Shown: piece after piece, positions 30,555-39,907 of the stretch
How positions within the stretch are numbered: position 1 is the stretch's first letter
How the letters are laid out: each line of letters starts with the position of its first letter
Source of the DNA: an uncultured Acidobacteriota bacterium
GTDB taxonomy: Bacteria > Acidobacteriota > Vicinamibacteria > Vicinamibacterales > UBA2999
Direction: 5' to 3'
DNA: 64,000 bases
Assembly (NCBI GenBank): GCA_963734095.1
Contig: CAVTGK010000040.1
Span: 162,492-226,491, forward strand
Translations under genes and position numbers: made by a program
The notes under the pieces: model-generated
What the model was told of the DNA's origin: nothing
The model's database searches: none
The model's input: only the letters and a program-made list of their open reading frames with translations

Positions 30555-31288
30555 TCGACCCGCACGAGCGTCAAGCCATGCGCGGGCGCGGTCGCGGACG
30601 CCCGCGCCCGATCGCCGGAAGCCAGAATTTCCAGGAGCGCCGCCGAATCGACTCGACTTCTTCCGACATCGACCAGCGTCCCGACGATGTTTCTCACCAT
30701 GTGACGCAGGAACCCTGTGCCCGTAATCTCGTACTCGATCGTCGGCGTGGATGGCTTTTTCTCGACCTTCGACGCGATGACGTCGCGCACCGTGGTCTTG
30801 ACATCGCTTCCTGCAGCCTGGAAGGCCGCGAAGTCGTGATGGCCGATGAGCAGGTCGGCGGCCACCTGCATGGCGTTCACATCCAGCGGCTGAGGCACAT
30901 GCCACGCATAGCGGCGCTGCCGAGGAGGCATGACGAGATCGCACCACAGCGCATATCGGTAAGTCTTGAGCCGGGCATCGAACCGCGCGTTGAAGTCCGG
31001 ACGCATCTCGACGACGTCGCACACGCGAACATCGTGCGGCAGTGTCGCATTGAGCGCGCGTTGCACCTCCGAAGTGCCGATCGTCGTCGTGAGCGACACG
31101 CTCGCCACCTGACCATCGGCATGCACACCCGCGTCGGTGCGACCAGCGCCGGTGATGACGACCGGCTGCCCCTCAATCGGCGCCAGCGCGTCTTCGATGA
31201 CTGCCTGCACCGTGCGTTCCGAGGCTTGTCGCTGCCAGCCACAGAAGTCAGTGCCGTCGTAGGCGATGGTTAATTTGAGGGTACGCAT
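30548..31288 (-). CDS. truA: tRNA pseudouridine(38-40) synthase
   Basis: 246 aa. MRTLKLTIAYDGTDFCGWQRQ..GAGRTDAGVHA.. Confidence 0.9.
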   Translation of the reverse strand: MRTLKLTIAYDGTDFCGWQRQASERTVQAVIEDALAPIEGQPVVITGAGRTDAGVHADGQVASVSLTTTIGTSEVQRALNATLPHDVRVCDVVEMRPDFNARFDARLKTYRYALWCDLVMPPRQRRYAWHVPQPLDVNAMQVAADLLIGHHDFAAFQAAGSDVKTTVRDVIASKVEKKPSTPTIEYEITGTGFLRHMVRNIVGTLVDVGRSRVDSAALLEILASGDRARASATAPAHGLTLVRVDY

Positions 31289-31295
31289 CGGTGAT

Positions 31296-31388
31296 CAGGG
31301 CACAGGGCGCAGTGGCATAGGGCGGAGGGCGCGACAGGATTGAGGCCCAATCCCTCCTATGCCCTGCGCCCTGTGTCCTACGCCTGTC
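31296..31388. repeat. Word hairpin (GGGCRCA words) between pyrE and truA
   Basis: cagggcacagggcgcagtggcatagggcggagggcgcgac-aggattgaggcccaatccctcc-tatgccctgcgccctgtgtcctacgcctgtc. Confidence 0.85.
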
Positions 31389-31960
31389 ACCTCGATCGCG
31401 AGCCTGGCTTGACAATCGCGATCCCTTGTTTGCACATCGGGCATTCGGATTCCGAGTAGAGCGGAAGCTGCATCGGCAGCAGAGCGGCGAATGGCAGCTC
31501 GAGACCATGCGTGCCGCCGCTCCGATCGACGATGGCGCAGGCGCCGACGACCTGGGCACCGGCCCGCTCGGCGACTGCAATCGTCTCGCGCGTCGATCCG
31601 GCGGTCGTGACGACATCCTCGACCACCAGTACCCGGTCGTCAGGCGACAAGGTGAAGCCGCGGCGCAATGTCAGCGTGCCCTCGTGCCGCTCGGCAAAAA
31701 GCGACCTCACGTCGAGCGCTCGCGCAACTTCATGGCCGATCACGATGCCGCCGAGGGCAGGGGCCAGAGTGCACGTCGCACTCCACGGGCGGACAAGCTG
31801 CGCCAGCGCCTCTCCAAGCAGCTGACGCGTCGCGCGGGTGCTGGAGGACGAGGGCACACTGCAGGTAACCAGAACTATGAAGGCCCGAAGACAATCGAAA
31901 GTGGCCCTCGAGCAGGGCCCCCGACTGGCGAAACAGCGCCAAGACCTCGGATTCGTGCAT
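31387..31960 (-). pseudogene. pyrE: Orotate phosphoribosyltransferase with one frame disruption near 31835
   Basis: N-terminus in ORF 31730..31960 (MHESEVLALFRQSGALLEGHFRLSSGLHSSGYLQCALVLQHP). The rest is in ORF 31387..32127 (..VLVVEDVVTTAGS..). The span is 574 nt. Confidence 0.85.
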
Positions 31961-32146
31961 CGGGCGGTAGTATAGACATCGAAGCTCTGAACCCAGAGCG
32001 GGCGCCGCTTCGCTGCCACGATCTGTGGGTCGGTCGAACCCCCGGGGCGTCCAGAGCGTCTATTATCCAGATCTGGGACGTCGGCACCCTTCTTGCTGCC
32101 GTACCCAGTCCGGACCTTTTCCAGCACCTTTTTGGAGTACCAGGCA

Positions 32147-33811
32147 ATGCGTGACCAGACGTGTTATCGCTCGGGGCTTGTGATCACGGCCCTTTCAGTC
32201 GCCTCGACCCTGTTCGTTTTCGGGGCAGGCCCTGTCCGGGCACAGACAGCGCCAATAGCCGCTGTTTCTGCCATTACAGCGCCGGCACAGTTCCAGGGCC
32301 CAGTTCGCCGACTTTCGATCGACGAAGCTGTCGCGCTCGCGCTCGAACAGAATTTGGACCTGCAGGTCGATCGGATCGACCCGCAGATTGAGGACTACAG
32401 CATCTCTGTCGCGCGCAGCGGCTGGACACCGGTCTTTTTTTCGGGGTTGACGACGCGCAGCGCCACCAACCCACCGCAGGACATCTTCGGCGGGGACCAG
32501 ACGGCCATCACGAACGAGAACCTGAACTCGGTTTTGGGGCTCCAACAGCAGTTGCCCTGGTTCGGGGGCAGTTACAGCGCCAACTGGAACACCGGTCGCA
32601 TCACGACCAACAACATCTTCAGCAGCTTCAATCCACAGCTCAACTCATCGGTCGCGTTCAATTACACGCAGCCGCTGCTCCGCAACTTCACGATTGACGC
32701 CACGCGTCAGCAGGTGCTGGTGTCGAGCAAGAATCGCGAGATCTCGGACGTTCAACTCCGGGAGTCGATTGCCATCACCACGCGCAACGTGAAGAACGCG
32801 TACTGGGACCTGGTCTACGCCAACAACAACCTGGCCGTGCAGCGCCAATCGTTGGAGCTTGCGCAGCGGTCGTACCGGGACAATCGTGCGCGAGTCGAAA
32901 TTGGCACCATGGCGCCGCTCGACATCGTCCAGGCGGAAGCCGAGGTCGCACAGCGCGAGGAGGGAGTGATTCTGGCGGAAGCATCGATTTCGCGCGCAGA
33001 GGATCGCTTGCGGGCGCTGATCTCGAATCCAACCGATCAGCCCGAGTTCTGGAACACCCGTCTCGAGCCTTCGGATCCTCCGACGTATCAGCCGGTCAGC
33101 ATCAATGCGGAAGCCGCGGTTCGCAACGCGCTCGCGGCGCGCACGGACCTTGCGGCCACGCGGAAACAGATCGAAGCGAACGACGTTACCATCCGCTACT
33201 ACAAGAACCAGTCAATGCCCGACATCAATGCCGTGGTCAACTACAGCGCCATCGGGCTGGCTGGTACACAGTTCGACTTGAGCAACAACTTCCCACCGCA
33301 GGTCCTGGGTCAGACGAACCGGAGTTTTGGCACCGCACTTGGCGATGCCTTCGCGTCGGACTTCCCCACGTGGTCCGTGGGACTCCAGTTGAACTACCCG
33401 ATTGGAAGGTCGTTCGCCGAGAGCAACCAGGCACGCGCGAGGCTGCAGAACTCGCAGGTACAGAAGCAGCTTCAGAGCTCGGAGCTTCAGGTCACCACTC
33501 AGATTCGTGATCTCGCACGAAACGTTCAGACCAACGGCAAACGAATCGAGGCCACGCGCGCGTCGCGAGCCCTCGCGGAAAAGCGCCTTGAAGCGGAAGA
33601 GAAGAAGTTCCAAGCCGGCATGACCAGCAGCTTCCTCGTCATCCAGGCGCAGCGCGACTTGGCACAGGCGCGCAACAACGAGCTGGCCGCCACGATTGAC
33701 TATCTGAAGTCTGTGGTGGACTACGAGACATCCCAGGAGGCGCCGCTTTCCGGCGGCGCCACGTTCTCGCCACTGTCGATCCTGGCGAATACAGACAGCG
33801 GTAGGGCGTAG
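32147..33811 (+). CDS. TolC-family outer-membrane efflux protein
   Basis: Signal peptide ..FGAGPVRAQ, then two tandem OEP repeats with coiled-coil heptads. The start at ATG 32147 was chosen over the upstream TTG. Confidence 0.8.
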   Translation: MRDQTCYRSGLVITALSVASTLFVFGAGPVRAQTAPIAAVSAITAPAQFQGPVRRLSIDEAVALALEQNLDLQVDRIDPQIEDYSISVARSGWTPVFFSGLTTRSATNPPQDIFGGDQTAITNENLNSVLGLQQQLPWFGGSYSANWNTGRITTNNIFSSFNPQLNSSVAFNYTQPLLRNFTIDATRQQVLVSSKNREISDVQLRESIAITTRNVKNAYWDLVYANNNLAVQRQSLELAQRSYRDNRARVEIGTMAPLDIVQAEAEVAQREEGVILAEASISRAEDRLRALISNPTDQPEFWNTRLEPSDPPTYQPVSINAEAAVRNALAARTDLAATRKQIEANDVTIRYYKNQSMPDINAVVNYSAIGLAGTQFDLSNNFPPQVLGQTNRSFGTALGDAFASDFPTWSVGLQLNYPIGRSFAESNQARARLQNSQVQKQLQSSELQVTTQIRDLARNVQTNGKRIEATRASRALAEKRLEAEEKKFQAGMTSSFLVIQAQRDLAQARNNELAATIDYLKSVVDYETSQEAPLSGGATFSPLSILANTDSGRA

Positions 33812-33946
33812 ATCGCAGGGCACAGGGCAGGGGTACGGGCACAGGGCACAGGGAATAGGGCGTAGGGCATAGGGCGGGCTAGGGACAGGGACTGAGGGCC
33901 CTAATCCCTCCCCTATGCCCTGTGCCCTGCGCCCTCTGCCCTGTAC
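33801..33946. repeat. Word hairpin (GGGCRCA words), asymmetric (about 90-nt left arm, about 40-nt right arm)
   Basis: Shares the loop core tgagggccctaatccctcccctatgccctg with 31296-31388. Confidence 0.85.
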
Positions 33947-33961
33947 AGCTAAACTCCCCCC

Positions 33962-34759
33962 GTGCAGAAGCTGACCGTCACGGTCATCACGCGCAACGAA
34001 TCCCGGCACATCGCGGCCGCTCTCGAATCGGTCAACTGGGCGGACGAAATCATCGTGGTCGATTCGGAAAGCACCGACGACACGGTGGAGATTGCAGGCC
34101 GATACACGTCGCGCGTGGTTGTCCGGCCGTGGCCCGGCTACGTCGCGCAAAAGAACTTTGCCGCCGCGCAGGCCACCCACGACTGGATTCTGTCCCTCGA
34201 TGCAGATGAACGCGTGTCGGCCGGCCTCCGGGACGAAATTCGGCGGATGCTGGCCGAGCCAATGACGGCGGCGGGCTACCGCATCCCCCGCGTCACCTTT
34301 CATCTCGGGCGCTGGATTCGTTCGACCGACTGGTATCCCGACTACCAGCTCCGACTCTATGACCGCCGCCGCGCTCAATGGGCCGGACGCTATGTCCACG
34401 AATCAGTTCGCACCGACGGACACGTCGCAACCCTCCGAGGCGAGCTGCAGCATTACGCGTATCGCGACCTGGCGCATCATGTCGAAACGATGGATCGATA
34501 TACCGCGCTGGCCGCTCGTCAGATGTTCGAAGACGGCCGTCGCGCCAACTGGATCGACATTCTGGTGGTGCCCCGGCTGACGTTCTTTCGCAACTACATC
34601 CTGCGTGGTGGATTTCGCGACGGCATGGTTGGCCTCATCATCTCGGCAATGAACGCCTATTACGTCAGCGTCAAGTTTGCAAAGCTCTGGGAGCTGTGTT
34701 CGCCATCCACATCGACACCGCCCGCACATGGCGTGGCGGACAAAACCAGGTCCTCCTGA
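33962..34759 (+). CDS. Family 2 glycosyltransferase
   Basis: 265 aa with GTG start. ..VTVITRNESRHI..IIVVDSESTDDT..LSLDADER.. Confidence 0.8.
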   Translation: MQKLTVTVITRNESRHIAAALESVNWADEIIVVDSESTDDTVEIAGRYTSRVVVRPWPGYVAQKNFAAAQATHDWILSLDADERVSAGLRDEIRRMLAEPMTAAGYRIPRVTFHLGRWIRSTDWYPDYQLRLYDRRRAQWAGRYVHESVRTDGHVATLRGELQHYAYRDLAHHVETMDRYTALAARQMFEDGRRANWIDILVVPRLTFFRNYILRGGFRDGMVGLIISAMNAYYVSVKFAKLWELCSPSTSTPPAHGVADKTRSS

Positions 34760-35838
34760 CCGTCCTGGGGCTTCGCACCCTGGGACATCGGTCGGTGCTC
34801 GTCGCGCACGCCGACGGTGAGCTCTATCGGCGCGCATCCGAGGGACCCGATCTGATTCCGCTTGCCCCTCGCAACGAAGTCGACCTGTCGGCCGCGTGGA
34901 AGCTGTCGCGCATCATTCGTCAGTGGAGACCAGAGGTCGTGCATGCTCACGACCCGCATGCGGTGGCGATGGCAGGGCTGGCCCTGTCGTTCGGCGCTCC
35001 TGACCCGCGACCGCGGATCGTTGCCTCGCGGCGCGTCGACTTTCATCTGCAAGCCCACTCCTTTTCGCGTTGGAAGTATCGGCAGGTCGACCTCTTCATC
35101 GCCGCCTCCAAGGCGATCAAAGACATTCTCGTGGGCGATGGCATCGCCGCCTCGCAGATCGTCGTCGTGCACGACGGAATCGACGTCGGCAAGATTGGCC
35201 GCCTGCCAGGGGTCGACATTCACGGCGAGTTCTGGTTGCCGCGTGGTGCGCCAGTTGTCGTTAACGTCGGTGCGTTGGTCGACCACAAGGGGCAAAAATA
35301 CCTGGTCGCGGCGATGCCGCACGTGCTCAAAGCGGTTCCCGACGCGTTCCTGATCATCTTCGGCGAAGGTGAGTTGCGGGGCGCTTTGGAAAAGCAGATC
35401 AAACAGCTTGGTTTGGAGAAACAGGTTCGGCTTGCGGGCTTCCGTGAGGATGTCCTGCAAGTGGTCAAGTCCGCCGATCTCTTCGTCATGAGCTCGGTCA
35501 CCGAAGGGCTTGGATCCACTGTGCTCGACGCCATGGCCATGCGGCTGGCGGTCGTCGGCACTCGTGCAGGCGGCATTCCGGAAGCCGTCGTCCACAACGA
35601 GACGGGCGTGCTCGTGCCAGCCGCCGACCCGCAGGCGCTTGCCACGGCCATGATCGGCTTGTTGAAGAATCCGAAGCGGCGTCATGAAATGGGCGAGCGC
35701 GGACTCGCGAGAGTCACGGAACACTTCGGCGTCGCGCGGTTCCTCGAGGAGACATTGAGGGCCTATCGACTCGCCGTCGACAGGAAGGAGAGCACGGCGG
35801 CGTTGAACTCGTCGGCCCAGCCCAGTGGCAGAGCATGA
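34696..35838 (+). CDS. Family 4 (GT-B) glycosyltransferase
   Basis: Homology begins at VFAIHIDTARTWRGGQNQ. EX7E-type motif ..EGLGSTVLDAMAMRLAVVGTRAGGIPE. The GTG 34696 start is inferred. The ORF stays open upstream to 34378, overlapping the GT2 gene. Confidence 0.75.
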   Translation: MFAIHIDTARTWRGGQNQVLLTVLGLRTLGHRSVLVAHADGELYRRASEGPDLIPLAPRNEVDLSAAWKLSRIIRQWRPEVVHAHDPHAVAMAGLALSFGAPDPRPRIVASRRVDFHLQAHSFSRWKYRQVDLFIAASKAIKDILVGDGIAASQIVVVHDGIDVGKIGRLPGVDIHGEFWLPRGAPVVVNVGALVDHKGQKYLVAAMPHVLKAVPDAFLIIFGEGELRGALEKQIKQLGLEKQVRLAGFREDVLQVVKSADLFVMSSVTEGLGSTVLDAMAMRLAVVGTRAGGIPEAVVHNETGVLVPAADPQALATAMIGLLKNPKRRHEMGERGLARVTEHFGVARFLEETLRAYRLAVDRKESTAALNSSAQPSGRA

Positions 35839-36627
35839 TCTGCGCCCGGTATCACTTTCAGGACTGCTCCTTTCACCTCCTTCGTCACGAGCTGCGCTGA
35901 CTGCTTGATGCTGGGCATATCGCGGTCGCCGATAATGACCAGCGTCGGGACCCGAACATCGGCCAGCCGCGTGATTGCCGAGGGCTTCATCGGGACGTAG
36001 GGCGCAAATGGCATCCTGAACGGCGCGAGATTGCGGCGCGTGATGGCCTCGAGCTCTTTGATGACGGCTGGGCGAGTCCGGGCGACCGACCACATGGGAT
36101 GCGCCAGCCAGGCCTTGACGATCGCGTCGTCGCCATCCTTGACCGCTGCGAAGATCGCGCCTATCTGTTTGACCTCGTCCTGCGGGCGGCACGAACCCGC
36201 TGGGCGCCGCGGCAACCAGAGTGAGCGTGTTGACGCGCTCGGGATGTTGCAGCGCGAAGTCCAGGGCCACGCCACCTCCGAACGAGTGCCCCACCAGATG
36301 TGCCCGGTCAACCTTCAGGTGGTCGAGCAGACGCAACAAGTCGTCGGGAACGTTGTAAGCCTCCTCTGGAGCCGACGATTCTCCGAATGGACGAATGTCG
36401 TAGCGAACGACACGGAACTGTTTCGCGAAAGGGGCCATCTGCGCGTCCCAACTCCGGCGATCCATGAACCCCCCGTGTAGAAACACGACGGTCGGTCCGG
36501 AACCGGCAGTGTCGTACGCAATCTCACCGCCGGTGATCTTCAGCTTCGCGGATTGAAGCGCAGTGTCCGGCGCGGTTGGCTGTCCCAGCGAGAGCGCGAC
36601 AAGCGTAGCGACTGCTAGCTTCCCCAT
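35763..36627 (-). pseudogene. Alpha/beta-fold hydrolase with one frame disruption near 36180
   Basis: N-terminus in ORF 34660..36627 (..VVFLHGG..LVGHSFGGGVAL..). C-terminus in ORF 35763..36311 (..PTLVIIGDRDM..IPGADHALP..). The rest of the 655-aa ORF is antisense read-through of the GT4 gene. Confidence 0.8.
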
Positions 36628-37862
36628 GCCAGCCTCATCAGTCCTTGTGCGTCCCGAACGACAATGCCGCCGGGCACGAAGGCGGGGAGCGCCCAGGTCT
36701 CGCCGTCGGCGACCTCGATTCGGCGTTCCTCGCTGAACTTCACGGCATCACGTTTGGCTACGATCAGATCGCCAGCGTTGGTCAGGAAGATGACGTGCGA
36801 AGGGCCCAACAGAATCGAGGCGTGGTCGCCCTCGCGTCCGTCGGTGGCCCAACGAACCGCTCCGGTTGCGACGTCGAGCGCCACCAACTGCCCTTTCCGC
36901 TTGTTCGACATCCCGTACAACGTCCCGTCCGCCACGACCGGCGCGCTCATATACATCGTCACTTCGGCGTTCTTCCACACCGGCGTTGCCTGCCATGTGC
37001 CGCCGCTGGTGGCGAGCGCGAAGGCTTGCGTTCCCTGCCGCACGCCGCTCACAATCAAATGCGTCCCGGTCCACACCGGCGTGATGATGTTCTCGTGCCA
37101 CTCGTCGCGAAAATCGATGGACCACAGTGAGGCGCCGGTCACGGCGTCGATCCCGGCGATCGATCCGTTGGTGAGCGCGACGATCTGTCTCGTCCCGCCT
37201 ACCGTGATGGCGATCGGCGACGCATAGCCTGGGCCCAACCCCTTCCATGTCCAACGTTCGTTCCCATTGGTTGGGTCGACAGCCATGACGCGTCCACCAT
37301 GGACGTCGCTACCGACCTGAACGATCAGCGACCCGCCCTCGAGCATTGGCGACATGGCTGTCCCACAGAACAACTTCGAGGTGTCGACCGACGCCGAATA
37401 GTCTTTGCGCCACGCCACCGAACCATCAGCCGTGTTCCACGCCGACAGCACGCCGGTGACTCCGAGCGTGTAGACACGACTGCCAACGACGATCGGCGTC
37501 GAGTTCGGCCCTTTGGCCATCTTCACGGCGTACTGATTCTTCGCAAACGTTGCCGGGTATTTCTGCTGCCAGAGCACCTTGCCAGATTGAAGATCAATTG
37601 CGGTAACAATCTCCTCCGGGTCGCGTCGGCTGTGAACATAGACGCGGTCACCTGAGACCACCGGCGACGAATACCCCTCTCCGACTTCGACCCGCCAGAC
37701 GCGCTTCACCGATGCGGGCCAGGGTGACGGCAGGCTACCGGCTCCGACGGCGCCGTCACGAGTCGGTCCACGCCACTGGGTCCATTCCTGCGCCGACGCG
37801 GGCAGGGTGAGGGCTGCCGCGACAATGAGTGAATGCGTGATTGGGTGATTGAGTGATTGCAT
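36615..37862 (-). CDS. PQQ-like (BamB-type) beta-propeller repeat protein
   Basis: ..EWTQWRGPTRDG.. followed by repeated propeller blades. The start was chosen at MQSLNHPITHSLIVAAALTLPASA. The first codons are encoded by the GGGTGATT repeat. Confidence 0.75.
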   Translation of the reverse strand: MQSLNHPITHSLIVAAALTLPASAQEWTQWRGPTRDGAVGAGSLPSPWPASVKRVWRVEVGEGYSSPVVSGDRVYVHSRRDPEEIVTAIDLQSGKVLWQQKYPATFAKNQYAVKMAKGPNSTPIVVGSRVYTLGVTGVLSAWNTADGSVAWRKDYSASVDTSKLFCGTAMSPMLEGGSLIVQVGSDVHGGRVMAVDPTNGNERWTWKGLGPGYASPIAITVGGTRQIVALTNGSIAGIDAVTGASLWSIDFRDEWHENIITPVWTGTHLIVSGVRQGTQAFALATSGGTWQATPVWKNAEVTMYMSAPVVADGTLYGMSNKRKGQLVALDVATGAVRWATDGREGDHASILLGPSHVIFLTNAGDLIVAKRDAVKFSEERRIEVADGETWALPAFVPGGIVVRDAQGLMRLAWGS

Positions 37863-38745
37863 TGGCTGAATGGGTGATTGTGATAGGCACAGGGCGCAGG
37901 GCACAGGGCACAGGGTCGGGACGCAGGGTGCAGGGCGCAGCTCGCAGAGATCTAGTGCCCTGCTCCCTACCCTGAGCCCCGTGCCCTGTGCCCTCGCCCT
38001 GTCTTAGATTTCGCCGTCCCGGTCTGCACAGCCCGCGGAGCGGGCATTGACCGTCCCGCTGCTTCGTCCCAAAACCGCACGCTTTCATCATGCCGATGTG
38101 GCAGAGCGAAAAGTCGAAGCGCACGGGATCGACCGGGTCGAGCGCGCGGAGCGATCGGGTGATGTCGGCCGCCATTCGCCAACCCGGGCTGGTGTATCGG
38201 GTCAGCCGCAGGCATCGACCGACACGAATCACGTGGGTGTCGAGGGGCACGATCAGTTGGGACGGCCGCACGTGCGACCAGATACCCAGGTCGACCTCGT
38301 CACGCCGAACCATCCAGCGCAGGAAAAGATTCAACCGCTTGCACGCGCCGCCGCTCGAGGGACGCGCAAAGAAGTACGACACGCCGGGACGGGAGGGAAC
38401 GCGACCGTAGATCGCGTCGAGATTCAGGCCGCACGCGCGCGTGGAAAACGCGTCGAGAGCGGCTTCGACGGTCTCTGCGCCATCGTCCAGCCCGTCGGCG
38501 AAGAAGCCTTCGATCGAACCTCGCCGGTCGATCATCTGGCGGAGGACCCACACAAGGGCCGCGAGGTCCACGCCGCGGGTCCATCGGTGCTGCAAATGAT
38601 CGAGGGCGCGCCGATCACGGCCAGGGTCGAAAGCCCGGACATAGGCGGCCGGCGAAGGACCCATCACCTTCAGCAGGCCTTCAATTGAATTCAAAACGCT
38701 TTGCACACGGCCGAATGCCAGTGCCGCGGCGCAGAATCCCACCAC
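37756..38745 (-). CDS. TIGR02757 (DUF2400)-family protein; both ends uncertain
   Basis: ..VVGFCAAALAFGRVQ..LNLFLRWMVR..CPLRGLCRPG. Homology continues upstream of 38745 (..LDALYHQFNDAQSVTDPIQIVRRFS..) with no in-frame ATG or GTG. The last 86 codons only translate the repeat and overlap the next gene. Confidence 0.55.
   Translation of the reverse strand: MVGFCAAALAFGRVQSVLNSIEGLLKVMGPSPAAYVRAFDPGRDRRALDHLQHRWTRGVDLAALVWVLRQMIDRRGSIEGFFADGLDDGAETVEAALDAFSTRACGLNLDAIYGRVPSRPGVSYFFARPSSGGACKRLNLFLRWMVRRDEVDLGIWSHVRPSQLIVPLDTHVIRVGRCLRLTRYTSPGWRMAADITRSLRALDPVDPVRFDFSLCHIGMMKACGFGTKQRDGQCPLRGLCRPGRRNLRQGEGTGHGAQGREQGTRSLRAAPCTLRPDPVPCALRPVPITITHSANAITQSPNHAFTHCRGSPHPARVGAGMDPVAWTDS
37828..38003. 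repeat. GGGTGATT word array (37828-37885) fused to a GGGCRCA word hairpin (37884-38003)
   Basis: gagtgaatgcgtgattgggtgattgagtgattgc..., then ataggcacagggcgcagggcacagggcacagggtcggg...gtgccctgctccctaccctgagccccgtgccctgtgccctcgccctgtc. Confidence 0.85.
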
Positions 38746-38934
38746 TTCGCGATCCTCTGCGCGCGAGAATCGACGAACGATCTGGATCGGGTCGGTGACC
38801 GACTGTGCATCGTTGAACTGATGGTAGAGCGCGTCGAGCCGGCCATGCAGGTCCGAGTCCGCGCCGCTCGAGCGAGCTCGCAGATTTTGTGCACGGGTCG
38901 GGCCTCGTGTCCTAGTGCCGGTCCATGCCTCCTG

Positions 38935-39907
38935 CTATTTCACTGGAATGGCGCGATCGAGCACCGTCACGGCATCGAGTACGGTTTGCGCGACGCCGGC
39001 GAAAAATGTTGCGTCGATCTTGTCGGCCGTGTCGGTAGGCTTGTGGTAGTCCGGATGATCCTCGACCCCAAAGTACACGAACGGAATGCCCGCCGCGTGA
39101 AATGCACCATGATCAGATTGCGTGGTCCAGTCATCGACACCGCCGGCCTGCCCTTTCGGCTGGTCGTGACCGAACAACACCTTGACGGGCGCCCGAGCCG
39201 CGACCGGCTCGAGCAGCGGTTTCAACGCCGGGCGATGATATGTCCCAGCTACGTAGATCTCGTTGCGTCGCGCTCCGACTCACCATGTCGAGGTTGACGT
39301 TGAGCGCGATCCGCTCCTTCGCCACGGGAGGCGCCGCTACGAACGCCCGCGCACCCTGCAGCCCCATCTCCTCGGCGTCAAATGCGACGAACACCACATC
39401 GTGGGTCCACGGTGTTCGCTGGCAGTGACGCGCCAGCGCGAGCACCACCGCCACACCCGACGCGTTGTCATCGGCGCCGTGATAGATCGCGCCGTCACGC
39501 ACCCCGAGATGATCGTAGTGCGCGCTGACGACCATGACCGGCGCGACGGTCGGACCATCGACCGGACGCTGACCGGCACCGGACCCGCGACAGTTCCCGA
39601 CGATGTTCACGCCTTTCGTTTCGACCCCGTTGCGGTTGAAACTGAACGGCACCTCAAAGCTGCCATCGACTGGAGTCAATCGGGCGGTCGCGAACTGTTC
39701 GACTATCCAGGCCCGCGCCTTGGCGTTGCCGGGCGTAGCCGGTCCGACGCCCTTCGAGATCGGGCGCGGCCAGGACCTTCACCGCCTCCATCAAGTCCTG
39801 AGCATTCGGTTGACGGGCAGGCTGAGCCGTTAGAGCCGTGGTCGCCAGGAGGGTCACCAGGGCAATCGACATCAGATTGGCGACGAGTCGCGGAGGGCGG
39901 AACGTCA
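38935..39907 (-). pseudogene. M28-family aminopeptidase; two frame disruptions (about 39740 and about 39270)
   Basis: Start MTFRPPRLVANLMSIALVTLL.. lies in the frame of ORF 39654..40454. The core is in ORF 39131..39679 (..SAHYDHLG..GADDNASGVAVVLALA..FDAEEMGLQGA..). The tail is in ORF 38935..39225. Confidence 0.8.

Noticed and set aside
34660-36627. 655-aa ORF as a single large protein
   Set aside because: Only the first roughly 145 residues (alpha/beta hydrolase N-terminus) are meaningful. The remainder is out-of-frame hydrolase sequence followed by antisense read-through of the GT4 gene. The true C-terminus is in ORF 35763..36311.
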